From the NCBI GenBank assembly GCA_951406725.2, contig OX597817.1, positions 161,138,001 through 161,202,000 on the forward strand: 64,000 nt of DNA. Reading direction: 5' to 3'. The position numbers and the translations under genes are program-made. Positions within the stretch are counted from its first letter, which is position 1, and each line of letters begins with the position of its first letter. Under the pieces are notes generated by a model. It was not told the origin of the DNA, made no database searches, and saw nothing but the letters and a program-made list of their open reading frames with translations. Origin of the DNA: Octopus vulgaris. Its lineage: Eukaryota. Positions 39,624 through 54,058 of the stretch are shown in pieces.

Positions 39624-40322
39624 TAAAATAAATTAATCTTCATATTTCAAAAAAATAATATTCACCAACTAATATCATCAAACCATTATGCAAAAAGTAC
39701 AAAAATCAAACTTTATTATACATAAATTTACATTTATTTTCCTTCTCACTACAATAAAGAAAAATTGAGATATTTCTATACCTATTACTGGGGTGCCACA
39801 TTGGGCAAGTACTAGCAATCCCTTAGCCTCCCATATCAGGGATACAATGAGGATGTTGGCAGCAGGACATTGGATAGCTGACAAGGTGAAAGAGTTTTAG
39901 ACCAATGGCTTGAAGGTTATTGCAGCCAAGCAGAAGATCTGTACCATCAGACAACAGTTGGGTGTCAACTAGCAAGGGAGCTGCTACTGCGGAGCAGCCC
40001 CATCTTCGACCATGCTCATTGTACACTTGTATACCAGTTGGTACCTGGTCTGGAGGCCCAGAGAAGCAGTCTGGTGAGGGGACAGTGTCAACTGCCTTAC
40101 TCACCATCCACAGTGTTTTGTTCAGCAATTACTAAACAAGAACTGTCAACACCAACCTCCGACTGACAGCTGAAGAAAAGATTAACTGCATACTATTTGT
40201 AATGTATGTTGCGTCTAGAATTGAAATTGTGCGACGCTTTTTATTTTGTCAACATCATTCCAAATTTTGTAATGGACAAAATGAATTTGATACATTGATT
40301 AATAAATTTATTGATCTGTTAA

Positions 40323-40543
40323 CCCTTTCGTGACTGTATTTATTTTGAGATGCTCAGTGTTTCTCTCAATTATTTTAGATATGACAAAGAATTTTGTAAA
40401 ATAACTTAGTTATCATTCAGCTAGTGTTAGGAATGTAAATTATGACTAAGGTTTGGTGGAAGATTTTAATTCAAAACTTATGAAAACAAGACATCTGTAC
40501 TACAGAGCCAGAGCCGGTTTCAGCCAGGTTGGTAATGAAAGGG
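40323..40543. mobile_element. piggyBac-like MITE (second family)
   Basis: TTAA-ccctttcg ... tgaaaggg-TTAA. Confidence 0.75.
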
Positions 40544-40744
40544 TTAATATTCCTTTGAGTATTCTGCATTAGCCAATTGTATGCTGGATGGTAACAAGCT
40601 AGATACTACAATTTACAGGTTTCCTAATAAGCTGACATATCAGGCATCCAGCCATAGAATCCAAGCCAAAAATGAAACTCATCAGTAAGCTTTGGCTCTG
40701 TGACCCATTGAGAAGAACACTGATGAGCAATTAACCATCCAACC

Positions 40745-41417
40745 CAGTGCTTATCAATCGGTGTCCATATGACAGTTGGGGGACCTCAAAAGATTCTGAT
40801 GTTAGTATTTATGTGCAATAAATGGTTATGCTTACACAATACTCTCTCTTACTCTTTTTACTTGTTTCAGTCATTTGACCATGGCCATGCTGGAGCGCTA
40901 CCTTTTTAGTCGAGCAAATCGGCCCCCAGGACTTATTCTTTGTAAGCCTAGTACTTATTCTATCGGTTCCTTTTGTCGGTTCCTTTTGCCGAACCGCTAA
41001 GTTACGGGGACATAAACATACCAGCATTGGTTGTCAAGCGATGTTGGGGAGACAAACACAGACACACAAACGTATACACACACATACATATATATATACA
41101 TATATACGACGGGCTTCTTTCAGTTTCCGTCTACCAAATCCACTCACAAGGCTTCGGTTGGCCTGAGGCTATAGTAGAAGACACTTGCCCAAGGTGCCAC
41201 GCCGTGGGACTAAACCCGGAACCATGTGGTTTGTAAGCAAGCTACTTACCACACAGCCTACATGAAATATTTTAACAATTATTTTTTTATACAATGCCTA
41301 ATATTTAATTATAAAAATTTAATTGAATTTTTTAAACATCGAATGGCTATAAGGGCCCATCTGAGCAAAAGAGGAATCAGAGTGGGTCCATCAATAAAAA
41401 GTGGTTGAGAACCACTG
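40745..41417. mobile_element. hAT-like MITE with nested SINE A (40842-41258, minus)
   Basis: TIR cagtgcttatcaa / ttgagaaccactg; TSD atccaacc/gtctaacc; related to 37113-38084. Confidence 0.7.
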
Positions 41418-41753
41418 GTCTAACCCATACCAGCCACAGAAAGTGGATGTAAAACACTGGTGATCACACACACGCACACACACTTCAGTTTGAAACTTAG
41501 CTGAAGGTGACAAAACTGAGATGTTGGAACATCATATTGCCCTGCCCCACTCCTACTTCATCTCCTCCCCTCCCCTCCCCGGCCCCACCTCAGCTCGACA
41601 AGCTCACCTACCCCCCACCCTGCATCTGTGTTATAGTTATGTATATCTCCTCAGCACTTCCTCTCTCATTACTACCCTCCACCCTAATTCAGTCAGTTTA
41701 TTGTGTAAACATGAACTGGAGCTACTTAGCTATACTGTAGGACAGCCACACAT

Positions 41754-41823
<70 letters not shown>

Positions 41824-41855
41824 CCTCTTCCCTCCTTCTCATTCTGCTCTCTATC

Positions 41856-41886
<31 letters not shown>

Positions 41887-42310
41887 GACCTTATTCTATG
41901 TAAATATTTGGCTATTCAGGTTAATTACACACACACACACACTAACACATACATGCACACACATACAGACACTTACATGTGTGCGCGCGCACACATACAT
42001 ACACACACACAATATATGGAAATACATTAAAACAGTTAACCGCACGTGTATTCACATACATATACTCTTACATTAAAAAAAATAGCCACTATATGAACAC
42101 ATGCAGAGACCTACATCTGAAGTCGTAGGCATACACACATCTGAACACACACATCTAAAGAAGTGCTCCATTGAAAACATGCAGATTTGAATATATAACC
42201 CGTTTCACATACATGCACACTGTCACCAAAAGGACTTGCAAATACATGCATCCAGAAATAATGATAACCATTTCTACTAATAGCACAATTTTGTGGTAGG
42301 GAGGTAGTTG

Positions 42311-42348
<38 letters not shown>

Positions 42349-42443
42349 CCTTTCTACTATAGGCACAAGGCCTGAAATTTTTGGGGAGAGGACTAGTCAA
42401 TAACATCGACCCCCAGTAGTTTCTCTAGCTAAACACGGCAGAA

Positions 42444-42479
<36 letters not shown>

Positions 42480-42483
<4 letters not shown>

Positions 42484-42864
42484 TGGAACCTGAAGACTAA
42501 AACAATAACCTGTTGTCATAGGTGCCCTGGGAATGATAGCAAAAGGGGCTGATTGCTACCTAACTCAGATACCAGGAAACCCCAAAATGGCAGAAATTCA
42601 AAAGATAGTGCTCATGGGAACTGCTCATATCCTACGCAAAATACTTTCTTTGTAATCTCAAGTTTTAGAACAAACATAATTTTCATATGGTTTTTTTAGG
42701 CATTCACTAGTACAACACTAAGTACAAAACCAAATATATGGCACCCTAGGCATAACACCAAGATGAACTTCCAACTTGTTGTCTCTTGAGGTCTCTGGGT
42801 GAGACTTGGAGCCAGCTTGTGCAAATGTAAGGCAAAAGTCAAACATAGAATAATAATAATAATA
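42480..42864 (+). mobile_element. R4/Dong-like retrotransposon 3' end in a (TAA)n tract
   Basis: MWNLKTKT..VVIGALGMIAKGADCYLTQIPGNPKMAEIQKIVLMGTAHILRKIL; nearly identical to 24768-25190. Confidence 0.8.
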
Positions 42865-43160
42865 AATGCCCTGATGCAGTACCAGGCAGTGGCTCTCATG
42901 GCTTCTGATCTTAACTGATTAGAAGTGTTATTATGTACGTTGTTTTGTCTTGGTATAAAAGATGGGCTACACCAAATATTCTGCTCAATAACACAGATCT
43001 GCTTGTCAGTTGTTTGACCTTAACCAGTTGAGCATGTCCCTTAGTGGCTGACGATATGTGCATCTCTGATCACAAGCAGAAGTAGTGGGGGAGCATCATA
43101 GCCATGTATTGAGAGGGATTCTTTGGGGGTTGAATAATTCACCTCTGGAAACATGGGTGT
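42865..43160. mobile_element. Element X, truncated copy
   Basis: Reverse complement of ~24440-24742. Confidence 0.8.
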
Positions 43161-44348
43161 TTCGTTCAGACGAAATACTGCTAAGCATTTTGCTCGGCAT
43201 ACTAACGGTTCTGCCAGCTCGCCACCTTAATAATAATATTAATAATAATATTTCATTTTGGTTAATATAGAAAGGATTGCGGTAACTCCTCCTAAAAATA
43301 TAGAGTCAAAATTAAAAGAAGAGTGCCATTGTTATCTAGTAAACGATATTTCGACATCTTGTGTGTCTTCAACTGGTTCAAAAAATAAATTTGTCAATCT
43401 ATTTCATTTTGCTTAGTATAGAAAGGATAATAATAATAATAATAATAATGTCATTCATATCTGAAGGGAAGCTCCAATGAGTACAAGCTACATAGTTGAA
43501 ACTCAGCTTTAAAGTTTTATTGTGACAGTTGGAAATTCCAAACTCACGGGGAGGTGGGAGCACTCAACTCACACTCCACTCTCACTCGGCATCACAAGTG
43601 TTACATACAAATCTGTCTGGTCTCCTTTAAATATCTTTCAGCATCTTTTGTTTTCTTTCAGATTCCTTCGTTTCCTTTTACTCTTTCTCCTTTACACTCT
43701 TTCAGTTTTTCCTTTTTTTTATTTTCATTTCTTTTTCTACTTCTGCCCCTTTCTCCATTTTCTGCCCCCTCTTTCCCTATCCCTTCCATGCTTTTCCTGC
43801 CCTATGACGATATTACATCAACATCCAAATGTCAGGACAACATAAATGGAATAAAAAGCAAACACAAAGAAAAACGTAAACAAACATGTTATAGGTGCAG
43901 TCACGCCTTTTACGGCTCAGATGCAGGAATGTCTGTCTGGTTAAGAAGCTGTCTTGTGGCAACCATGTGGTTTTGGGTTCAGTCCTACTGCACAGCACCT
44001 TGGGTAAGTGTCTTCTACTGTTGCCTCAGGCCAACCAATGCCCTGTTTTTGTTGACCAGACCAATAATGAAAAGCATTCCAATCATGACCATCCTGATCA
44101 TTCCATCCATGACCATCCTGATCTCTTACAAACCTATGTATCTCCTGACTACATTATTTAATGTGTCCTTTTCTTTTTAAGGTGGTAGGGTGTAATTTGA
44201 GGTAGATTTGGATGCAATTTCTACCAGGCTGAACAACCATGTAGAGGTTCCCTCTTTGTCTTATGGTTCTCATTGTTTGCTGTGACACCATGAAATAACA
44301 TGGACATTGGAGTTTTGAATTTGGCAGACAAAATGAAAGCCTGTCGTC

Positions 44349-44392
<44 letters not shown>

Positions 44393-44809
44393 ATGTGTTT
44401 GTGCCTGTGTATGCCCACCCCCACTCCCACTCAACAACTGGTGTTGGTTTGTTTACATCCCCATAACTTAGCACTTTGACAAAAGAAACTGGCTAGAACA
44501 AAACTTAAAAATAAGTAGAATCGGACTTTAAAGAATAAGTACTGGGGTCAGTTCGTTTGATTAAACACTTGAAGTTGGTGCTCCAGCATAGCCACAGTTC
44601 AGTGACAAGAAAACGATACCTATGAACAATCTGAGTGTTTGCATTCACTTGTATTATCAATTATTATGCAGTAACATCTATTAACTCTCTGTCCATCTTC
44701 TAGATTATCATTTTTAACTTCATTGACTAACATTTGATTCTGAAAAAGATCAATTACTCTTTCATCAGTTTGAATCTACAGCTATCAAAGTTAACTATGG
44801 ACTGAGAAT

Positions 44810-45075
44810 AGTTAGTTAGTTAGTTAGTTAGTTAATTTGGCTCAAAATCAAATAGCAAGGCCATGTAGGGGGACATGGAGTTAAGTACAGGGTGGTGTTC
44901 ATGTAAAGAGTTCAGGCCACTTGAGGTCAAGGGAGGCTTTGAACAAAGCGGTCGTCGGCATCTTCACCATCTCGTCTGGCAGCTTGTTCCACGGATCCAC
45001 AACCCGGACGGAGAAAGCTCCTCTCCTTCGATTGAGATGAAATCGTCGCAGGTAGAGCTTTTCGGAATGACCAAT
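44810..45075 (-). mobile_element. CR1-clade LINE 3' end with (TAAC)n tail
   Basis: ORF 44899-45102 includes GHSEKLYLRRFHLNRRRGAFSVRVVDPWNKLP; (gtta)n at 44811-44834. Confidence 0.85.
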
Positions 45076-47599
45076 CACCAACAAGATCTTGGTGATTTGC
45101 ATTTTACCTTTTACTTGCTTCAGTTATTGGACTGCAGTCATACATATGTACGTACATACATACATTCATTGACAAGTCCCTTAAACCCTTATGGATTGTT
45201 AGAGCGCTGCAGCCATGCTATGTACCTAAGGCGGGAAAGCCTGATGGATCCCATCCCTTCTCCAGGCTAAACTCATTTCTACAGCTGAGTAGACTGGAGC
45301 AATGTGGAATGAAGTGTTTTGCTCAAGAACACAATGCATCACCTGGTCCAGGAATCGAAACCACAATCTTATGATTCTGAGTGCAACACTCTAACAACTA
45401 AGCCATGCGTCTCCACACATACATACATATGTACATATATATGGGTTGTCATTTATCATTTGTATGTCTTCTTGTCACCATCGCTTATGTCCACTTACTT
45501 ATCCCAGCAGCATTTTGCTGTAGATGCTACAAAATGAAAAATCTTATCAATAATGGTGTAAAATTGTGATGGTTTTGGGCCAATAATTGATGAGGGGTTA
45601 GGGTTGTCCACATCTTGTATGTGATTTTTCCGTGTGCTCCTTTGTTGCCCTTCAGTGAAATTTTTTATTCTTATATTTGTATATGTTTACATATACAAAC
45701 ACACACACATATTACAGGCTTCCATACAGTTTCCATCTATCAAATTCACTCACTTACAGAAGCTATTTGCTGTGCTGAAGGTGTCACACCATGGACTGAA
45801 TCCCAAACCATGTATTTACGAAGCAAACCTTTTACCACACAGCCATACCTGAGCCCACGGGGAAAAGAATTACTTTGATAGCAAGTTAATCTTGCTACCA
45901 TGAATTTATACAAAGCTTTTCACAGAAAATGCCAGTTGCATGGGCAAGTAACCTATGCAGGAGTTGCAGAAAAATCTATATTTTTATCTACTTAAGACCA
46001 CAAAATCAAATGGTGCCACCAAGCTAAGTATTAATCCGATGGATTATTGATCTTTGTGATGATTCCTGTGTAGTAAGAAGTTTGCTTCTCCCCTGTATGT
46101 TTCTTCCCTCTATGTTTGTCCCTCTATTATTACCCCTTGTGGGCAATAAAGAAATAGGAAGTTAGCTCCTCAACCACATGGTTTTGGGGTTCAGTCCTAT
46201 TGTGTGGCACCTTGGGCAAGTGACTTCTACTATACCATCAGGCCAACCAAAGCCTCGTTTAGGTTTGGTAGATGGAAACTGAAAGAAGCCCATTATATGT
46301 ATGTACATGTTTGTTTGTGTGTGTGTTGCTCTCTTCTTGCCTCAACATTGTGTGATAGTTGTGAACTACTATCACATAAGCATGGAGGTACATGGCTTAG
46401 TAGTTAGTGTATTGCATTCATGATCTCAAGACCATGGTTTCAATTCCTGGACTGGGCAATGTGTTGTGTTCTTGAGCAAAACACTTCATTTCATGTTGCT
46501 CTTGTGCACTCAGCTGGTAAAATGAGTAATCCTGCGACAGGCTGGCATCCCATCCAGGGAGGAATATATACACCAGAGAAACTAGGGAATTGGCCCTATG
46601 CTCCTTACAGAGTAATGTGGACCAACCAGTGCCACACAAGTGGTGTCCTTTGTTTCCAGTCTTCTGTGAAAACATATCTGGTCATGGGGAAATATTATTT
46701 TCCTTGGAAACAGGTGTGGGTTGGCGACAACCAAATTCCATCCGACCCCCCATGCGAGCATGGAAAAGTGGATGTTAAAATGATGATGATGATGATTAAC
46801 CCCCTGTCATTTCAGCTAGTTTCACTAAATTTCATCTGAGACAAAGCTAAAACATAAGAAACATCCAATGTCAACGACAACAACAACAACAACAGGCCAG
46901 AAGGTAGGGGAACACAATAGGAGCGAACTCCTCAAGAATTTGTTTTTGTTGGGCAAATATTTTCTTCCTAAAATGAAGCGAGGCCATCAAGTTTTGTATG
47001 TTTTTTTTTCATCATCCCCCACTTTTTTTTTTTTTTTTTAAAGGATGTAGGATTAATTTGTATGTCTGTGTATGTGTATCTTTGCGTGTGCGAATTGGCT
47101 AGCTGCTGGGTTTCCAATGCTGTTCGCAGATGGTAAGCCATTGTTCCACTGAGAAGTTCAGAACAATTTGGCACGGTACTTAATTTGGAATGGAGGCTCT
47201 GAAAGTTGTTGTTGTTGTTGTTGTTGTTGTTGTTACGTGTTGTTGTTTTTCTGTTCCCACCACTCACCCCACCCCTCATTTTAACCTTTATTTTCATTAT
47301 TTCTTTCATTCCTTTTGCCTATAATTTTGCTTTGTTTTCTATTTATCTGGGTTTTGTGTGCATGTATCTGTGTTTGCAAGTATGTCTGTGTATGTATTTA
47401 CAAGGATATATAGTCATATATATATATATATATATATACATACACACACACACTCACAGTTACGTGCATGTATGTATGTATGTATGTATGTATGCATGCA
47501 AGCATGTGTGTGTGTGTGTGTATACATATATATATATATATTGATAGATAAATAGACAGATATACAGACATATAAATACATACCTATATAATTTATATA

Positions 47600-47870
47600 T
47601 ATATATATACATACATATAAATATATATATAAATATCCACATACGTATATACATACATATAAATATATATATAAATATCCACATACGTATATACATACAT
47701 ATAAATATATATATAAATATATACATACATATAAATATATATATAAATATCCACATACGTATATACATACATATAAATATATATATAAATATCCACATAC
47801 GTATATACATACATATAAATATGTATATAAATATCCACATACGTACATACATACATACATATAAATATAT
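47600..47870. repeat. 42-bp minisatellite
   Basis: atccacatacgta anchors at 47637, 47679, 47751, 47793, 47835. Confidence 0.9.
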
Positions 47871-47957
47871 ACAAGTATCCCTATACACATATATACACAT
47901 ACATATGTGTACATGTGCATAAAACACAGACACAACACACACACACATGCACATGCG

Positions 47958-47988
<31 letters not shown>

Positions 47989-48880
47989 TGGTGTGTGTGT
48001 GTGTATACATTTCTCCATCACCGTCTCCATCATCACCTCCTTAAATCTTGAAACCTTACAGACTATGACTGCCTGATGAGTTTTTCTTCTCTATCATCAA
48101 CATCATTGAAACCCAATAACTTACATAACAGGGTGGTAGGGAGAAGTCTTAACCCACCATACCCCACAGCTCTCTCTCTCTCTTCTTTCTTTTCCTGTCC
48201 TACTCCTACACTACAAACAGCCTCATGAATTTTTAGCATATTTCACTGTGCCCTTTATGGTTCAAATTTCTTCCACAGCAGTCCCCATGTCATGTTGTAA
48301 AATATATTTGAGCACACCCCTTGTTGGCTAGCTCTTGGTTGGCCCTAATATATATCTGGTACTTACTATTAGCCTTTGATAAGCACCCACTCTTCTTAGA
48401 TTTCAATGTGTCTAATATATCCATTATGTCATTAACAAAACGTTACTGCAGTGTAAGATATATTATATAACTGATATATGCGTTATACTGATATGTACTA
48501 ATATCTATTTATGTAATTTCAAATTCTGCTGAGGTCGACTTCACCTTATATCCTTTTGGGGTTGATTAAAATAAGTAACAGTTAAGCACTGGGGTCGTAG
48601 GCACATGGCCTAGTTGTATATATACAATGGGCTTCTAGTTTCTAGCTATCAAATCCACTCATAAGATTTTACTCAGCAAAATAGTGGAAGGTAATTGCCG
48701 AAGGTGCCACAAAGTGGGACTGAACCAGGAACCATGTGGTTGTGGAGTAAGCTTCTTAACCTCACTACCATGTCTGCACCTATAACTTTATATTACAATA
48801 CATTTCTTCACTGTACTATACAACTGAATTGCACTGCAGTAGTACACTACATCCCATTATACTCTACTATACTACAGTAT

Positions 48881-49556
48881 GTGGAGGCACATGGCCTAGT
48901 GGTTAGAGCAGCGGACTTGCGGTCAAGGGATTGTAGGTTCGAATCTCACACCAGGCAATGTGTGTGTTTATGAGCAAAACAACTAAGCTCCACGCGGTTC
49001 CAGCAGAAGGTAATGGCAAACTTCTGCTGACTCTTTCACCACAACTTTCTCTCACTCTTTCCTCCTGCATCTTGCAGTTCACCTGCGACGGACGGGCGTC
49101 CCATCCAGGTGGGGAACCTATGCACCAAGGAAACCAGGAAACTGGCCCTAATGAGCCAAGCGTGGCTCGAGAAGGAACAAAAAAAAAAAGAAAAATATCA
49201 CTGGGGTCGATATAATTGATTTACCTCTCCCCTGAAATTGCTGGCCTTGTGCGAGAATTAATTATATCGACCCAAGTGATATTTTTCTTTTTTTTTTTGT
49301 TCCTTCTCGAGCTTGGCTCATTAGGGCCAGTTTCCTGGTTTCCTTGGTGCATAGGTTCCCCACCTGGATGGGACGCCCGTCCGTCGCAGGTGAACTGCAA
49401 GATGCAGGAGGAAAGAGTAAAAGTTGTAGCGAAAGAGTCAGCAGAAGTTTGCCATTACCTTCTGCTGGAACCGCGTGGAGCTTAGTTGTTTTGCTCATAA
49501 ACACACACATTGCCTGGTGATTTACCTCTCCCCTGAAATTGCTGGCCTTGTGCGAA
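48881..49556. mobile_element. SINE (B-related head, V-like domain) followed by its own ~260-bp inverted duplication
   Basis: 48949-49216 approximately equals the reverse complement of 49257-49520; spacer gatttacctctcccctgaaattgctggccttgtgcga is repeated after the inverted copy. Confidence 0.9.
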
Positions 49557-50722
49557 AATTTGAAATATATCTATTTATATAATAGTTGTGACCAAATGGT
49601 TAAGAAGCTTACTTCCCAGCCGTGTTACCATGAGTTCAGTCCTGTTGTGTGACACCTTGGACAAGCGTCTTCCGCTGTAGCTATGGACTGATCAAATCCT
49701 TCCAAGTGGATTTGATCGACAGAAATTGAAAGAAGCTTATCATATATAAGCACTTGTGTGTGTATGTATGCGTGTGTGTGTGCATACACATTTGTGTATG
49801 TGTGTGTGTGTGTCTATGTATGTATGTATATATGTGTGTGTGTGAGTGTGCACATTTATTTGTGTGTATGTGAGTGTATATATATATGTATGTATGAGTG
49901 TGTGTGTGTGTACCCTTATTTAGACATCAAGTGATGGTTGTAAATGAGCACCTCATTTCTAGTCTTACATGTAAAAAACATATCTGGTTATCGGAAAATA
50001 TTACCTTGCTTGGAAACAGGTAAGGGTTGGTGATTGGAAGGGCATCCTGCCATAGAAATTCTTCTCTTCGAAATTTTGTCTGACCCATGCAAATATAGAA
50101 AAGTGGACATTAAATGTTGATGATGATGATGATGATGATGACACTGACACAGAGTTATTTCATTCATTCAGTCATCATCATCATCATCATCATTGTCTTA
50201 CTTCCATTTTTCCATGCTCACTTGGCTTGGATAGTATTTTTCTGGGGCAGTGTTTTACAACCAGCTCTCCTTCCTATTTCTAATGCTTTCTGTTTCGTTT
50301 TACAACATATAAGGACGCTGAGTCCCTGTTCTAAAACCACACCAATGACAGAATCATACTTACAGACATACTACTGATACTGCCTGATATCTCCTGATAT
50401 AAACATTCAGCATAATATTAGGCAGATACCATTTAATATCTATTTATATACCATGCATTCATCCTAATATCCACTAATATAAGATTGATACAGTCTGATA
50501 TCTCTCAATATGACTTTGATACAGCATTGATATCTCTCAATATAGTTAGATATACTCTAATATTTTACAATCAGTCCTGATCTATTCGTATATAATCTGA
50601 CAGTATATTTTGTTATGATACTGATAGTATAATGTGATTCTATGGTTTTTTTTGTTTGTTTTTTTTTAAGATATTGGTACATTTACAATATCTGATAATA
50701 TACACTTTTATTCCCATTCATA

Positions 50723-51074
50723 TCTCTCTCTATATAAACGGCAGTTTGTCTGTGCGTTTTCTGTGTGTCTGTTTTCTCGTACCCTCACTCTGACCACGGC
50801 TTTCAACCGATTCTGATGAAACTTGACACACACATAGCCCAATGTCATAATTCAAACCTAACGCAGCGAAAATTTTGAAAAGTTCCCCCAGTTCTGAAAA
50901 AAATCGATAAATTCGACATGGGGTCGAGAATCAGAAACACAAACCACAGACCGTCAAAAAAAATTTACCATCATTTTTTTCCCATTTTTTTGCTATTTTT
51001 TGGCTATAACTCTCTAAAAATGCTTTATAGTTATTTCCCTTACAAACCTGAGCAACGCCGGGCGATACTGCTAG
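50723..51074 (+). mobile_element. Non-autonomous Helitron
   Basis: A|TC 5' end, subterminal hairpin cctgagcaacgccggg, CTAG|T 3' end, no TSD. Confidence 0.85.
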
Positions 51075-51551
51075 TCTTCCAATAAATTCTACCTAGATAC
51101 ATCATGTGTCTCATGCTACATCTTGAAGTCTCACAGACCTTTCATAATTACGCAGAGATTTAAACTTAGGCAGTAATCAGTGTAAAGGAGTTTGTAAAAG
51201 TTAATTATCATAAAAAGTGAAGAATCTAATCGTTCAAGCACTTGTCCGTCCCCTGAGAGTGAGGAGGTAAAACAGAAAAAGTGAAGTTGTCGATTTGACT
51301 GAAAGCCTGAAATGTTTATATTCTTCAATTCTCATGGCAATATAAGTTAGTGAAATCTTCTACAAACTCTCTTTTGGGTTATGCAGACAGTTATCAGTTG
51401 ACTTGGTTTCCTGATGTCAGCATCATTGCACAAGTAAGGTCTTAGCTATGAGTCAGCAGAAAGAGCAAGGGAAAAATGGAATGAGGTGAACAGAATTCAA
51501 TGCACATAATTTCACGATTCTAGAGTACACAATTTCAGAGTACACAATACT

Positions 51552-52135
51552 GCTCACAGCTATGGTCACCCGCCAGTGTGAAATTAACAGCGGACCTTGC
51601 AGCAATCCAGAGAAGATTCACAAAGAAGATCATCTCTTTGCAACAGCTCAGCTACTGGGAAAGGTTGAAACAGCTAAGACTCTACTTCCTGGAGAGAATA
51701 CGGGAAAGGTATGCAGTAATATATAGCTGGAAGATCCTGGAAGAAATTGTGCCAAATTTTGGCATTGAAAGCTATACCAATGCCAGAACGGGACAACACT
51801 GCATAGTGCCAAAGATCCCAGCAATGCCATCACGCTTCAGGACCAGTTACTGCAACAGCCTGGCTTTCAAGGGCCCACAGCTTTTTAATATTCTCCAAAA
51901 GAGTCTGAGGAACTTGCACAAAGTAGATGTAGGGGTTTTTAAATCAAAGCTGGACCTCTTCCTGTTGAGAGTCCCAGATGAGCCTACTTCACGGCAAAAG
52001 GTGCAAATGAGGGTAGCTATACCAAACTCCATTCTTCATCAAGTGCCACATATTAAAGGAGGCTCTTAGTAATAACAGTGTAGCGCAAAATGGCGGTGCA
52101 TCAGCATGGCCGCAACTCTGAGCTGAAATTTTTTA
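51552..52135 (+). mobile_element. CR1-group LINE 3' fragment (ORF2 C-terminus and 3' UTR)
   Basis: YCSQLWSP..IQRRFTKKI..LSYWERLKQLRLY.LER.RERY..; ORF ends at 52069; 3' UTR resembles the SINE A tail. Confidence 0.9.
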
Positions 52136-53661
52136 AAAAATACAAAATTCAAGAAAAATATAAAAATACAGCATGCAGAATATACTGCATTTGATGATAT
52201 ATGAGATGCACTTTATACCCAAACAAATTTGTCAAAAAAATCACCCAGGGCCCTCAGATATTCTACCTGTTTTATAATATAAACTGACCACATCCAACCT
52301 CTCACACCTACCCTACAATGTCATTCTAAAAATATACCATCACACCATTGAAATCTTGAAGCTACATGGCAATGCCTGATTAATTCAGAGCAATGTGGAT
52401 AAATAAGCAATACATTTGACAAAGAAGTCTGAATGCTAAAGAGTTAATTCACTAAAAACATTTTTTTCTTTGCTGAAAATATGCTGTCAAATTTTATACT
52501 GTCAAATACCGTCATTTTCAAAATTCAGAATAAAATATTCATAACACAAATTGCACCTCTGTTATCACAATGTTGCACTTTGTTGCTTAGTATCTTTATT
52601 GTTGAATTGACAGGAGATGGTGACTTTAGTATGACCATACATTTTATCAATCATTAATCTTCCCACCAACCAGGTATTTGTGTGATCAGGAGTTGTGTAT
52701 ATGTTTTTATTGCTTGGGCTAATTCAGGTTACTGGTTGGTCAAACAACCTATGAAGTTTTGGGGTATAATGTATTCAGGACTTTGGATATGGGTGGAAGA
52801 TAACATTTTAAATACTTGGTTCCACTAGTCATGGGTTGTGTAGGCTGAGTAACCTTGCAGAAATTCTATCTTTGTCTTATGGTTCCCATTCTTTGTTATG
52901 GCATTATTGAAATATGTAGACACTAGAATCCTGAACCATGCATTTCCTTGAAGGAGAAAAAAAACTCTTCAAAGAGCCTGGTTTGCACAAATAAATAATT
53001 AAATAACAATGTTTTCTTTATTAACCACTAAAGGTCCACAAAAACATTGGGGACAATGTAGGACGATACAATGCAGGATTACTTGAAGGAGTGTGTAAAA
53101 AGAACAACAGTGACAACAGATGAATAATTTCCCAAAATAGGAAATTTCTGGAAAGTTCCATAATAATCCTTTCTACTGTAGGCAAAAATTTTTGTGGGGA
53201 GGAGATAAGTTAATCACACTGACCCCAGTGCTCAACTGGTACATATTTCATTGACTCCGAACAGATGGAAGGCAAAGTTAAGCTCAGTGGAATTTGAACT
53301 CAGAACATACAGCCAGAGGTACCGCCTGCTAAATGTTTTGCTCAGCATTTTGCTCACTGCCATTATAATAATAATAATAATAATAATAATAATGGTTTCA
53401 AATTTTGGCCCAGAGCCAGAGTTTTTGAGGGGAATTGGGAATCAGTTTCTTTGACCCCAGTCCTTGACTAGTATTTATTCTATCAAACCTGAAAGAATGA
53501 AAGGCAAAGAGAATTTGAACTTAAAGTGTATAACCAGAAGAAATATTTAATTCTTTATTGCCCACAAGGGGCTAAACATAGAGGGGACAAACAATGACAG
53601 ACATAAAGTGTGGGGGTTTACACATAATAATGAAATGATAGTAAAAAAAATAAAATATACA

Positions 53662-54058
53662 AGGCGCAGGAGTGGCTGTGTGGTAAGTAGCTTGCTAACC
53701 AACTACATGGTTCCAGGTTCAGTCCCACTGCGTGGCAGCCCCGGGCCGACCAATGCCTTGTGAGTGGATTTGGTAGACAGAAACTGAAAGAAGCCTGTCG
53801 TATATATGTATATATATATATATATATATGCGTGTGTGTGTGTTTGTGTGTCTGTGTTTGTCCCCCTAGCATTGCTTGACAACTGATGCTGGTGTGTTTA
53901 AGTCACCGTCACTTAGCGGTTCGGCAAAAGAGACCGAAAGAATAAGTACTGGGCTTACAAAGAATAAGTCCTGGGGTCGATTTGCTCGACTAAAGGCGGT
54001 GCTCCAGCATGGCCGCAGTCAAATGACTGAAACAAGTAAAAAAAAAAGAGTAAAAGAA
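53662..54058 (+). mobile_element. SINE family A (short internal deletion)
   Basis: Head and tail intact; lacks cttgggcaagtgtcttctacta. Confidence 0.9.

Noticed and set aside
39823-40128. 101-aa ORF with DLLLG motif, possibly a retroviral-type protease relic
   Set aside because: No DTG/DSG catalytic motif and no adjacent gag/pol or LTR evidence
42865-42940. HDV-like ribozyme at the end of element X
   Set aside because: ggctctc(a/g)tggc only loosely resembles P3/L3; P1, P1.1 and J4/2 could not be assigned
47600-47870. CRISPR-like array
   Set aside because: Head-to-tail minisatellite with no unique spacers; eukaryotic context; no cas genes
51578-52069. 163-aa ORF as a host gene
   Set aside because: It is the C-terminus of a 5'-truncated CR1-group LINE ORF2
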